Origin: Candidatus Colwellbacteria bacterium
GTDB taxonomy: Bacteria > Patescibacteriota > Minisyncoccia > UBA6257 > Colwellbacteraceae
Assembly (NCBI GenBank): GCA_028718505.1
Contig: JAQULQ010000001.1
Location: 1 to 62,621 of the forward strand
DNA: 62,621 nucleotides
Reading direction: 5' to 3'
Part shown: piece by piece, positions 10,556 through 17,317 of the stretch
Position numbering within the stretch: the stretch's first letter is position 1
Layout of the letters: the number at the start of each line of letters is the position of its first letter
Notes under the pieces: model-generated
Seen by the model: the letters and a program-made list of their open reading frames with translations, nothing else
What the model was told of the DNA's origin: nothing
Databases searched by the model: none
Translations under genes and position numbers: made by a program

Positions 10556-10915
10556 ATGGCGGAATATTCAGACGAACAGTTCCTCGAGTACGTGGTAAAA
10601 GCTATTGTTGACAGTCCCGATGACGTCAAGGTCAACAGACAGGTTGACGAGATGGGCGTCCTCCTGACACTGAAAGTCAGCCCAAAGGACATGGGGCAAG
10701 TTGTTGGTAGGCAAGGCAGTACCGCTAAAGCTATCCGTTCACTGCTTAAGATAGTTGGCATTAAAAATAATGCCCGCGTTAATCTTAAGATAGAAGAGCC
10801 GGAAGGGGGCAGAAAGTTCACGCGGGAAAGTGCTGAACCAGAGCCCAGTAAGGCCAGCAACTTTGACGGCACTACGGTTGGCAAGGTGATAGACGATATC
10901 AAGAAGGACTTGTAG
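10556..10915 (+). CDS. KH-domain RNA-binding protein (YlqC/UPF0109-like)
   Basis: GXXG KH motif (VVGRQGSTAKAIRSLL). Conserved position between rpsP and trmD. Confidence 0.8.
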   Translation: MAEYSDEQFLEYVVKAIVDSPDDVKVNRQVDEMGVLLTLKVSPKDMGQVVGRQGSTAKAIRSLLKIVGIKNNARVNLKIEEPEGGRKFTRESAEPEPSKASNFDGTTVGKVIDDIKKDL

Positions 10916-10931
10916 AGAACTTAAAACACAA

Positions 10932-10970
10932 AGCGCAAACTATTTTGGAGTGATGGCTTTGCGCTTTGGC
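10932..10970 (+). terminator. hairpin after the KH gene (weak terminator candidate)
   Basis: CAAAGCGCAAA...TTTGCGCTTTG inverted repeat followed by GCTTTTG. Confidence 0.35.
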
Positions 10971-10986
10971 TTTTGAGCTTTAACTT

Positions 10987-11670
10987 GTGACAACCTTCCA
11001 TATAATCACAGTTTTGCCTGAGTTGTTCGAACCCTATCTCGGGGAGTCTATATTGGGCCGAGCCATCAAGAGCAAACTTGTTAGGGTAAAGATCTATGAT
11101 CTCCGGAGTTTTACTCGCGACAAACATCGCAAAGTTGATGACAAGCCGTACGGCGGAGGACCGGGTATGATCATCAGTGTGGAACCGCTGGTGCAGACTT
11201 TGCGGAAAATCCTAAAAGGAAAATCTAAAAACAAAATAAAAATTGTTATCACTGCCCCGGCGGGCAGACAATTCAGCAATAAAACAGCCCAGTCTTTAGC
11301 TAGTCGCTATAAAGACATTGTTATCATTGCCGGACGTTATGAGGGACTAGACGAGAGAATTATCAAGATTCTCAAAAGTAAGAACGGGTTCGGAGCAGGC
11401 GTAGAAGAAGTTTCTGTCGGTCCATATGTTCTGACTGGGGGAGAGCTGCCGGCTCTGGTTATTATAGATGCTGTCGCGCGTCACATTGACGGAGTTTTAG
11501 GCAAAGCAGAATCACTTGAGGAAAAGCGTTTAGGCGTCGGCGTTCCGGTATATACAAGACCGGAGAATTTTAAGTTTCTAGGCAGAGACTATAAAGTTCC
11601 ATCCGTTCTGTTATCGGGTAATCATAGAAGAATAGAGATTTGGCGCAGAGAGAATCGGAAAACCGGTTAG
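10987..11670 (+). CDS. trmD: tRNA (guanine37-N1)-methyltransferase
   Basis: TrmD motifs: ITVLPELF, GGGPGM, GRYEGLDERI. GTG start. Confidence 0.93.
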   Translation: MTTFHIITVLPELFEPYLGESILGRAIKSKLVRVKIYDLRSFTRDKHRKVDDKPYGGGPGMIISVEPLVQTLRKILKGKSKNKIKIVITAPAGRQFSNKTAQSLASRYKDIVIIAGRYEGLDERIIKILKSKNGFGAGVEEVSVGPYVLTGGELPALVIIDAVARHIDGVLGKAESLEEKRLGVGVPVYTRPENFKFLGRDYKVPSVLLSGNHRRIEIWRRENRKTG

Positions 11671-11721
11671 AGAGCGCCTTGCTTGGGAAAATGTTTAATG
11701 ATATTCTTGGGCTCGCGACTT

Positions 11722-12264
11722 ATGGAAGCAGCGAAAACTATAAAACCTGGGCATCAAGCACCAGATGAGCCGGCGGAGGCAGCCGTTGAGGTGCTTGACC
11801 CCGAAGAAGCGAGATCTATGCAGGAGATGATGGAGCTTGGGATTTTTTACGGACGTTCGAAATCACGTACTAATCCCAAAATGAAGCCTTTTATCGTCAA
11901 TAATCGGTCTGGCTTCGGTGTTATCAATCTCAGAAAAACCTATGCTGCCTTGCAAAAATTAGACGTGGTGATAGCGGATACCGTGCAGAAGCAGGGACTT
12001 ATTCTACTGGTTGGTACCAGTCCGTCAGTTAAGAGTGTGGTAAAAGAGACGGCGGATGAGCTTGGACTCCCATACGTAACCGAGCGCTGGCTCGGAGGAA
12101 CCCTTACCAACTTTGACACTATTTCGAAAAGGATCAGATACTTCAGAAAGCTCAGAGAAGATAAAGCGAGCGGGAGCTTGCTAAATATACAAAGAAAGAA
12201 CAGCTTAAACTTGAGAGAGAGATGTTCAAGCTCGAGAAACTTTTCGGCGGTATTAGCAGTTTAG
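11722..12264 (+). CDS. rpsB: 30S ribosomal protein S2, N-terminal fragment (frame broken near 12172-12176)
   Basis: LGIFYGRSKSRTNPKMKPFIV...ERWLGGTLTNF is the S2 core. S2 similarity is lost after ...REDKASG and the out-of-frame tail runs to a stop at 12264. Start is uncertain (TTG 11683, ATG 11722 or ATG 11818). Confidence 0.85.
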   Translation: MEAAKTIKPGHQAPDEPAEAAVEVLDPEEARSMQEMMELGIFYGRSKSRTNPKMKPFIVNNRSGFGVINLRKTYAALQKLDVVIADTVQKQGLILLVGTSPSVKSVVKETADELGLPYVTERWLGGTLTNFDTISKRIRYFRKLREDKASGSLLNIQRKNSLNLRERCSSSRNFSAVLAV

Positions 12265-12557
12265 ACAAGATCCCGGCGTTGGTGTTCGTAGCCGATCTCA
12301 GAAACAATGCTCTAGCCGCTAAAGAAGCAAGAGAGGTGGGTGTAAAAGTTATTGGTATTTTGAATACGGACGCTAATCCGGATTTGGTTGATTATGGTAT
12401 CCCAGCCAATGATAGAAATAGAAAAGGGATGGAGTTTCTAATGAATAAATTAAAGACTGCCATTCAGAACGCGAGGTTGAAAGAGCCCGCTATCAAGGTG
12501 GATACGGAAAAGCCGGTCACGAAGGTGAGGGCCGAAAATACAGATAAGAAAAAATAG
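12222..12557 (+). CDS. rpsB: 30S ribosomal protein S2, C-terminal fragment (S2-like reading already begins at 12174 in this frame)
   Basis: This frame reads ELAKYTKKEQLKLEREMFKLEKLFGGISSLDKIPALVFVADL...GILNTDANPDLVDYGIPANDRN, which is the S2 C-terminal half. Confidence 0.85.
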   Translation: MFKLEKLFGGISSLDKIPALVFVADLRNNALAAKEAREVGVKVIGILNTDANPDLVDYGIPANDRNRKGMEFLMNKLKTAIQNARLKEPAIKVDTEKPVTKVRAENTDKKK

Positions 12558-12561
12558 ATCT

Positions 12562-13005
12562 ATGAGCAAAGATGACATTAAAAAACTGCGGGAGCTAACA
12601 GGCGCTGGAGTTATGGATGCCAAGCATGCTTTGGAAGAGGCCGAGGGGGATTTAGATAAAGCCGGAGAGATTATTAAGGACAAGGGGCTTGCCAAAGCGG
12701 CCGCTAAGTCAGAGAGGGAGATCAAAGCGGGACTGATCAAAACCTATCTGCACAACAATAGGGTGGGAGTTATTCTGAAGCTTGGATGTGAAACAGACTT
12801 TGTAGCCAAATCGGAACCCTTTCAGGAACTCGCGCACAATTTGGTTATGCAGATAGCCGCCATGGAACCCGTAGACATACAGGCACTCTTAGATCAGTCT
12901 TTTATTAAGGATGAGAGTATTACTCTAGATGAACTCATCAAACAAGTTATTGCCAGAACGGGTGAGAATATAAGAATTGAGGCGTTCTACCGGCTGGCAC
13001 TTTAG
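12562..13005 (+). CDS. tsf: elongation factor Ts, very short form (147 aa)
   Basis: UBA-like N-terminus KKLRELTGAGVMDAKHALEEAEGDLDKA plus the CETDFVA core motif. Confidence 0.85.
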   Translation: MSKDDIKKLRELTGAGVMDAKHALEEAEGDLDKAGEIIKDKGLAKAAAKSEREIKAGLIKTYLHNNRVGVILKLGCETDFVAKSEPFQELAHNLVMQIAAMEPVDIQALLDQSFIKDESITLDELIKQVIARTGENIRIEAFYRLAL

Positions 13006-13036
13006 CGGGAACTCTTCGTGTTAAAATGACTTAAGT

Positions 13037-13285
13037 ATGACAGATCTGATCTTAGAACTAACGGTTATGGTGTCTTTGGCGATCATCGTCTATCTAATGG
13101 CCGCTGCCGTTCCCAGAGTGGAGGAAGAGATGGGAGAGGAGAGGATTCAGCGTACCTCTCTTCCGCTTGATAAGCTGGATAGTTTTCTAGTTAAGTTCAA
13201 GGATAAACTGCTGCGCCGGACGAAAATTCTATTAATGAGGATAGATAATCTTATCAGCCGACAGCTTAGAACGAAAAAACCTTAA
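13037..13285 (+). CDS. hypothetical small membrane protein
   Basis: 82-aa ORF with one N-terminal hydrophobic helix (LILELTVMVSLAIIVYLMAAAV) and a basic tail. No recognisable family. Confidence 0.45.
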   Translation: MTDLILELTVMVSLAIIVYLMAAAVPRVEEEMGEERIQRTSLPLDKLDSFLVKFKDKLLRRTKILLMRIDNLISRQLRTKKP

Positions 13286-13351
13286 GGAATCCAAGCGTTG
13301 TGTTGCTTGAACGGAGCCCGATCCTTGTTTAAACTTGTTTTAGTCGTACCT

Positions 13352-13435
13352 GCATGGGTGGCGGAGCGGTCAATCGCACCAGACTGTAAATCTGGCGGCC
13401 TTGTGCCTACGGGGGTTCGAATCCCTCCCCATGCA
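13352..13435 (+). tRNA. tRNA-Tyr (GTA), class II with long variable arm, CCA not encoded
   Basis: Acceptor GCATGGG/CCCATGC, anticodon arm CCAGA-CTGTAAA-TCTGG, variable arm GGC-CTTGT-GCC, T arm GGGGG-TTCGAAT-CCCTC. Confidence 0.9.
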
Positions 13436-13541
13436 CACTTCGACGCACTGCGTTCGCTCAGTGCAAGCGTCAAGAAGGGGAATCTGGCGCGGGATGGATG
13501 TCTTGCCCCGAGCTCGTCGGAGGGAATCCCTCCCTATGCAC
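13436..13541 (+). repeat. structured module attached to the tRNA-Tyr 3' end, ending in a duplicate of the tRNA T-arm/acceptor 3' strand
   Basis: 13419-13436 GAATCCCTCCCCATGCAC is repeated at 13524-13541 GAATCCCTCCCTATGCAC. Internal hairpin GCACTG/CAGTGC. Homologous to 20871-20975. Confidence 0.7.
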
Positions 13542-13628
13542 CCCTGAACCGGAGCTGTTTCACAACACGGTTTAGGATAGGTGTGAACCATACTATGTTC
13601 TGGCTCACGCCACCCTAAACCAGAGTCG

Positions 13629-13790
13629 TTCGCCACCAAGACGAAATCATTCTATGATTTCATCGGGTGCCGTCGCTCGAAGCGCAGTTTGAAAGATTCG
13701 CCACCAAGAGAAAACTACAGAGTAGTTTTCTCGGGATGGCATCGCTCGAAACACAGATATAAAACAAGTTTTATATCTGGTTTCTCGCTC
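13629..13790 (+). repeat. tandem ~68-nt repeats, each an acceptor-stem-like minihelix of tRNA-Thr(TGT), plus a third hairpin
   Basis: TTCGCCACCAAGA at 13629 and 13697 (13/13). TCGCTCGAA at 13673 and 13742. Perfect but different hairpins at 13643-13661, 13710-13730 and 13754-13779. Confidence 0.75.
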
Positions 13791-13864
13791 GCCACCTTAG
13801 CTCAGCTGGCCAGAGCAACAGTTTTGTAAACTGTGGGTCCCCGGTTCGAATCCGGGAGGTGGCT
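13791..13864 (+). tRNA. tRNA-Thr (TGT)
   Basis: Acceptor GCCACCT/AGGTGGC, anticodon arm ACAGT-TTTGTAA-ACTGT, T arm CCCGG-TTCGAAT-CCGGG. Confidence 0.9.
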
Positions 13865-13871
13865 CTCAAAA

Positions 13872-15191
13872 ATGCCCAAAGTCCATTTTATAGGTATCGG
13901 GGGGATAGGAATGAGTGCATTAGCTCGCTATTACCTTGCAGAAGGCTACTCCGTTACGGGCTCTGATCTGGTCGCTTCAGATGTGATGGATGCCCTTAAG
14001 CGATCCGGTGTGGATATATATATCGATAGTGGTGACCGACAGCAGGTAGCAGAGGATCTCGAAGCAGTTATTTATTCGGCAGCAGTCCCGGCCGAGCATT
14101 CAGAGTTAGAGCAAGCCCGCGGTATGGGCATTCGAACGTTAAGCTATGCCGAGGCCGTAGGAGAACTGACAAAGAAATATTTTACCTTAGCCGTGGCCGG
14201 CACTCACGGCAAATCAACCACCACCAGTATGCTGGCTTTAATGCTGATTGAGGCGGGGCTTGATCCGACCGTTATTGTCGGCGCCAGGTTGGCAGAGTTC
14301 AGGGGGACTAATTTTAGGAGAGGTGAAAGCAAGTATCTAGTTATTGAAGCGGATGAATATGACAGGTCCTTTATGTATTACCAGCCCCAGATCACCATTA
14401 TTAACAACGTTGATAATGATCACCTTGATACCTATGGAGACATAAATGGGGTGGCCGAAGGTTTTAATCAGTATCTTAAGAACCTTTCTCAGGATGCGGT
14501 TGCTGTCCTAAACTCCCAGGACGTTCATACGGAGAAAATACTAACGGGTGTTCGATGTAAAATAGTCTTTTTTAATCACAAAGAGGCGGTCTATGCTTGG
14601 CCGCTGACTTTGCCTGGGCGCTATAATCAGCTGAATGCTGAAGCTGCCTGGCAGGCAGCTCAGTTGGTGGGCGTTGAGCGGTCAGTTGCCGAAGCCGCTC
14701 TGATGAAATTTACGGGTATCTGGCGGCGCCTGGAGCCCTTAGAACCAATAGAACCGTCGTTTATGAGAGATACTATGTTTTTCTCTGATTACGGTCATCA
14801 TCCGACGGAGGTCAGTGTCACACTCGAAGGATTAAGAGAAAAGTATCCGCAGAAAAAAATACTAATTATCTTTCAGCCCCATCAGGCGAAACGGCTGGAC
14901 AGCGTGTTCATGGAATTTGTCGGAGCCTTTAAAAAGGCAGATGCGGTGTGTCTACTGCCGGTGTATCAAGTCGCCGGCAGAGAAGAGAGCGCAGAACACA
15001 AGACCAGCCAGGATCTCAGCACAGCCATTATGGACAACAACAGAAAACTGAGCATTAATCAGCAGGTTTCTTATAAAGAAAATTTTGAAGACTCGCTTGC
15101 GCTTATCGAGGGGGGGGTGGTAGTCTTTATGGGTGCCGGCGACATTGATACGTCGGTCAGGGAACATTTTCAGTCGAAGCTGATAAAGTAG
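13872..15191 (+). CDS. murC: UDP-N-acetylmuramate--L-alanine ligase
   Basis: MPKVHFIGIGGIGMSALA and GTHGKSTTT Mur-ligase motifs. Start moved to ATG 13872 because the track start overlaps the tRNA. Confidence 0.93.
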   Translation: MPKVHFIGIGGIGMSALARYYLAEGYSVTGSDLVASDVMDALKRSGVDIYIDSGDRQQVAEDLEAVIYSAAVPAEHSELEQARGMGIRTLSYAEAVGELTKKYFTLAVAGTHGKSTTTSMLALMLIEAGLDPTVIVGARLAEFRGTNFRRGESKYLVIEADEYDRSFMYYQPQITIINNVDNDHLDTYGDINGVAEGFNQYLKNLSQDAVAVLNSQDVHTEKILTGVRCKIVFFNHKEAVYAWPLTLPGRYNQLNAEAAWQAAQLVGVERSVAEAALMKFTGIWRRLEPLEPIEPSFMRDTMFFSDYGHHPTEVSVTLEGLREKYPQKKILIIFQPHQAKRLDSVFMEFVGAFKKADAVCLLPVYQVAGREESAEHKTSQDLSTAIMDNNRKLSINQQVSYKENFEDSLALIEGGVVVFMGAGDIDTSVREHFQSKLIK

Positions 15192-15210
15192 CACCGAGAC
15201 AGGAATGAAT

Positions 15211-15239
15211 GCCGAGATAGAGTATCCGCCCTCTCGGCT
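15211..15239 (+). repeat. internally deleted mini-copy of tRNA-Thr(GGT): acceptor 5' and 3' strands only
   Basis: GCCGAGATAG-agtatccgcc-CTCTCGGCT compared with the tRNA ends GCCGAGATAG...CCCCGTCTCGGCT, 83 nt downstream. Confidence 0.6.
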
Positions 15240-15293
15240 GCGTTCGGAGAAGATAAATATACAATATTGATGTATTTATTTTCCGCTTCACTT

Positions 15294-15366
15294 GCCGAGA
15301 TAGCTCAGCCGGCAGAGCGCTTCCATGGTAAGGAAGAGGTCCGGGGTTCGATTCCCCGTCTCGGCT
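15294..15366 (+). tRNA. tRNA-Thr (GGT)
   Basis: Acceptor GCCGAGA/TCTCGGC, anticodon arm CTTCC-ATGGTAA-GGAAG, T arm CGGGG-TTCGATT-CCCCG. Confidence 0.9.
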
Positions 15367-15414
15367 CCGCACGAAGTTTTGACTTTCACGTTTTAAGTTT
15401 TTAAGCTTGTTTCT

Positions 15415-15594
15415 ATGGGACTTAAATCAAAATTTACAGAATATTTGGTGGGAATGAAGTGTACCGTCTGCGGCAGGAAGAATTACTATACCCGCAAGAA
15501 CAAACGTGCTGTTGAGCGCAAGCTTGCTTATAAAAAATATTGCAAGTGGTGTAGAAAAAGTACACCCCATAAAGAGTCAAAGCTAAAAGGGTGA
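15415..15594 (+). CDS. rpmG: 50S ribosomal protein L33
   Basis: 59-aa ORF below the track cutoff: ...MKCTVCGRKNYYTRKNKRAVERKLAYKKYCKWCRKSTPHKESK. L33 zinc-ribbon pattern. Alternative start at ATG 15454. Confidence 0.85.
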   Translation: MGLKSKFTEYLVGMKCTVCGRKNYYTRKNKRAVERKLAYKKYCKWCRKSTPHKESKLKG

Positions 15595-15599
15595 GTGCT

Positions 15600-16223
15600 A
15601 TGACAAAAGCACAACTCATTCATGAGTTGATCGATGAGGGGTACCTGAGGACCCCTCTTTTAATTAAGGCATTCGAAAAGGTAGATAGAAAGGATTTTGT
15701 GCCAGCTGCGCTTATGTATGAGGCTTATCAAAATTGCCCGCTACCGATCGGGTATGGTCAGACGATCTCTCAGCCCCTAACGGTGGCGTTCATGTTGGAA
15801 CTGTTGAGCGTGAAAACTGGGAATAGAGTGTTGGAAATAGGTACCGGCAGCGGTTGGCAAACAGCCCTCTTAGCATATCTAACCGGGACAAACGGGGAAG
15901 TGGTGGGTATTGAGCGTATTCCGGAACTGGAGGAAATGACCAAAAAGAATATTAAGAAATACAAAGAATTGAATGCTAGGGTGAAGATTCTGCTAGGCGA
16001 CGGTTCTAAAAAAGTCTCGAACGAAACCCCGTTCGAGAGAATAATCGTTGGGGCATCTGCTGAAAATGTGCCTCAAATATGGCTTGAACAGCTTAGTCTC
16101 GAGGGAGTATTAGTGGCGCCAATCGGTAACAGTGTTTTGAGGTTGACAAAAAATGATCGCGGGGGAATCGAAAGGGAAGAGTATCGCGGTTTTATCTTTG
16201 TGCCGCTGATCTGCGGCAGCTGA
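15600..16223 (+). CDS. pcm: protein-L-isoaspartate O-methyltransferase
   Basis: QTISQP and VLEIGTGSGWQTALLA SAM-binding motifs. The track start (GTG 15591) overlaps the rpmG stop. Confidence 0.85.
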   Translation: MTKAQLIHELIDEGYLRTPLLIKAFEKVDRKDFVPAALMYEAYQNCPLPIGYGQTISQPLTVAFMLELLSVKTGNRVLEIGTGSGWQTALLAYLTGTNGEVVGIERIPELEEMTKKNIKKYKELNARVKILLGDGSKKVSNETPFERIIVGASAENVPQIWLEQLSLEGVLVAPIGNSVLRLTKNDRGGIEREEYRGFIFVPLICGS

Positions 16224-16229
16224 GCAAAA

Positions 16230-16257
16230 TTGACAGATTTGTACCAGCTGTTAATAT
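16230..16257 (+). promoter_or_regulatory. sigma70-type promoter for rplJL
   Basis: TTGACA (16230-16235), 16-nt spacer, TAATAT (16252-16257). Confidence 0.55.
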
Positions 16258-16258
16258 A

Positions 16259-16353
16259 GCCTTGCGGTCCGCAGACAGCAGGCGATGGATAAGACCTGCC
16301 GAGGGCGCCTCATTCTTAAGTGAGCGACCCTGCGGACAATCCGCAGTTTTTTT
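16259..16353 (+). promoter_or_regulatory. structured rplJ leader with terminator hairpin (L10-leader-like attenuator candidate)
   Basis: CTGCGGA-caa-TCCGCAG plus T7 at 16330-16353, 6 nt before the rplJ ATG. The upstream GCGGTCCGCAG (16264-16274) can compete for the same strand. Confidence 0.55.
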
Positions 16354-16359
16354 ATTGTT

Positions 16360-16851
16360 ATGGCTATCAAAAAAGAAAGAAAACAAGAGATAGTGGAAGT
16401 CGGGACCCAAGATCTAAATAAAGCCAAAGCTCTCATCTTCGCAGATTTTACTGGTACCAGCGTGACTGATATGGGAAAATTGCGCTCTGAATTGAAGTCT
16501 GTCGGCAGCCGGTTAAGGGTGATCAAGAAAAGACTCCTCGGAGTTATCTTTAAAAATCAGAAGATAGACTATGATCCAAGACAGTTCGATGGGCCGGTCG
16601 GAACAGTTTTTGTTGATGGGGAACTATCTGAAGCGGCCGGATCACTTTATCGGTTTGCCCAAGACCGCGGATCTTTCAGTCTCCTAGGCGCCTATGATCT
16701 CGGGAACCACCAGGTCATTGATAGAGAGACCATAACCACTCTTGGCAGTTTGCCTCCGCGAGATACACTTCTCGGGCAGCTGATCGGTACGATTGCCGGA
16801 CCCTTACGGGCATTTATGTATATTTTGAGTGAGAAATCAAAACAAAGTTAA
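16360..16851 (+). CDS. rplJ: 50S ribosomal protein L10
   Basis: 163-aa ORF, L10-like (ALIFADFTGTSVTDMGKLRSELK), directly upstream of rplL. Confidence 0.92.
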   Translation: MAIKKERKQEIVEVGTQDLNKAKALIFADFTGTSVTDMGKLRSELKSVGSRLRVIKKRLLGVIFKNQKIDYDPRQFDGPVGTVFVDGELSEAAGSLYRFAQDRGSFSLLGAYDLGNHQVIDRETITTLGSLPPRDTLLGQLIGTIAGPLRAFMYILSEKSKQS

Positions 16852-16878
16852 GGTCGACAAATATAGCGCTTCGATACA

Positions 16879-17262
16879 ATGGCAGACGAAAACAAAAAGG
16901 AACAGGCCTCAAAATACGAAAGCCTCATCGCTGAAATAGAAAAGCTTTCCGTTGTTGAATTGGCCGAACTGGTAAAGGTTCTGGAAGAGAGATTCGGGGT
17001 GAGCGGTATGGTACCGGTTGCAGCTGGAGTGGTAGGTGGGGGAGAAGAGAAAACAGAATTTAATGTTGTGCTGAAGGCAAGCGGAGACCAAAAAATAAAT
17101 GTTATTAAAGCCATCCGCGAGATAACCGGCCTCGGTCTTAAGGAGTCTAAGGATATGGTTGAGAACGCTCCCCAAACAGTGAAAGAAGGAGCCAAGAAAG
17201 AAGAGGCAGAGGCGATGAAGAAAAAACTGGAAGAGGCTGGTGCTACAGCAGAGTTGCAGTAG
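16879..17262 (+). CDS. rplL: 50S ribosomal protein L7/L12
   Basis: [39 protein letters not shown] is the canonical L12 C-terminal domain. Confidence 0.95.
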   Translation: MADENKKEQASKYESLIAEIEKLSVVELAELVKVLEERFGVSGMVPVAAGVVGGGEEKTEFNVVLKASGDQKINVIKAIREITGLGLKESKDMVENAPQTVKEGAKKEEAEAMKKKLEEAGATAELQ

Positions 17263-17287
17263 GATATAGAAACGGAACCAGACAGTC

Positions 17288-17317
17288 AGCAAAAACCCCC
17301 GATCGGGGGTTTTTGCT
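17288..17317 (+). terminator. rho-independent terminator after rplL
   Basis: AGCAAAAACCCCC-gatc-GGGGGTTTTTGCT. Confidence 0.8.

Noticed and set aside
13436-13541. Intron (group I or archaeal-type) in tRNA-Tyr or tRNA-Glu.
   Set aside because: The extra sequence starts after the discriminator base of an already complete cloverleaf. It is far too short for a group I intron and shows no bulge-helix-bulge motif. The first copy of the 3' end pairs better with the 5' acceptor strand than the second copy does.
13282-13639. Three overlapping track ORFs (13282-13473 minus, 13298-13618 plus, 13370-13639 minus) in the tRNA-Tyr/tRNA-Thr spacer.
   Set aside because: They lie directly over tRNA-Tyr and the tRNA-derived repeats, overlap each other in both orientations, and have no protein-like motifs. 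The region is better explained as RNA or repeat sequence.
13629-13790. Possible small CRISPR-like array (repeat, variable segment, repeat).
   Set aside because: There are only two repeat units. The variable parts are perfect palindromic hairpins rather than spacers, the repeats match the neighbouring tRNA acceptor sequence, and no cas genes are present.
6755-15594. Alternative genetic code (UGA reassigned), as in some reduced-genome lineages.
   Set aside because: TGA terminates well-defined genes at the expected lengths (nusB at 7208-7210, rpmG at 15592-15594). No conserved gene needs read-through of TGA.
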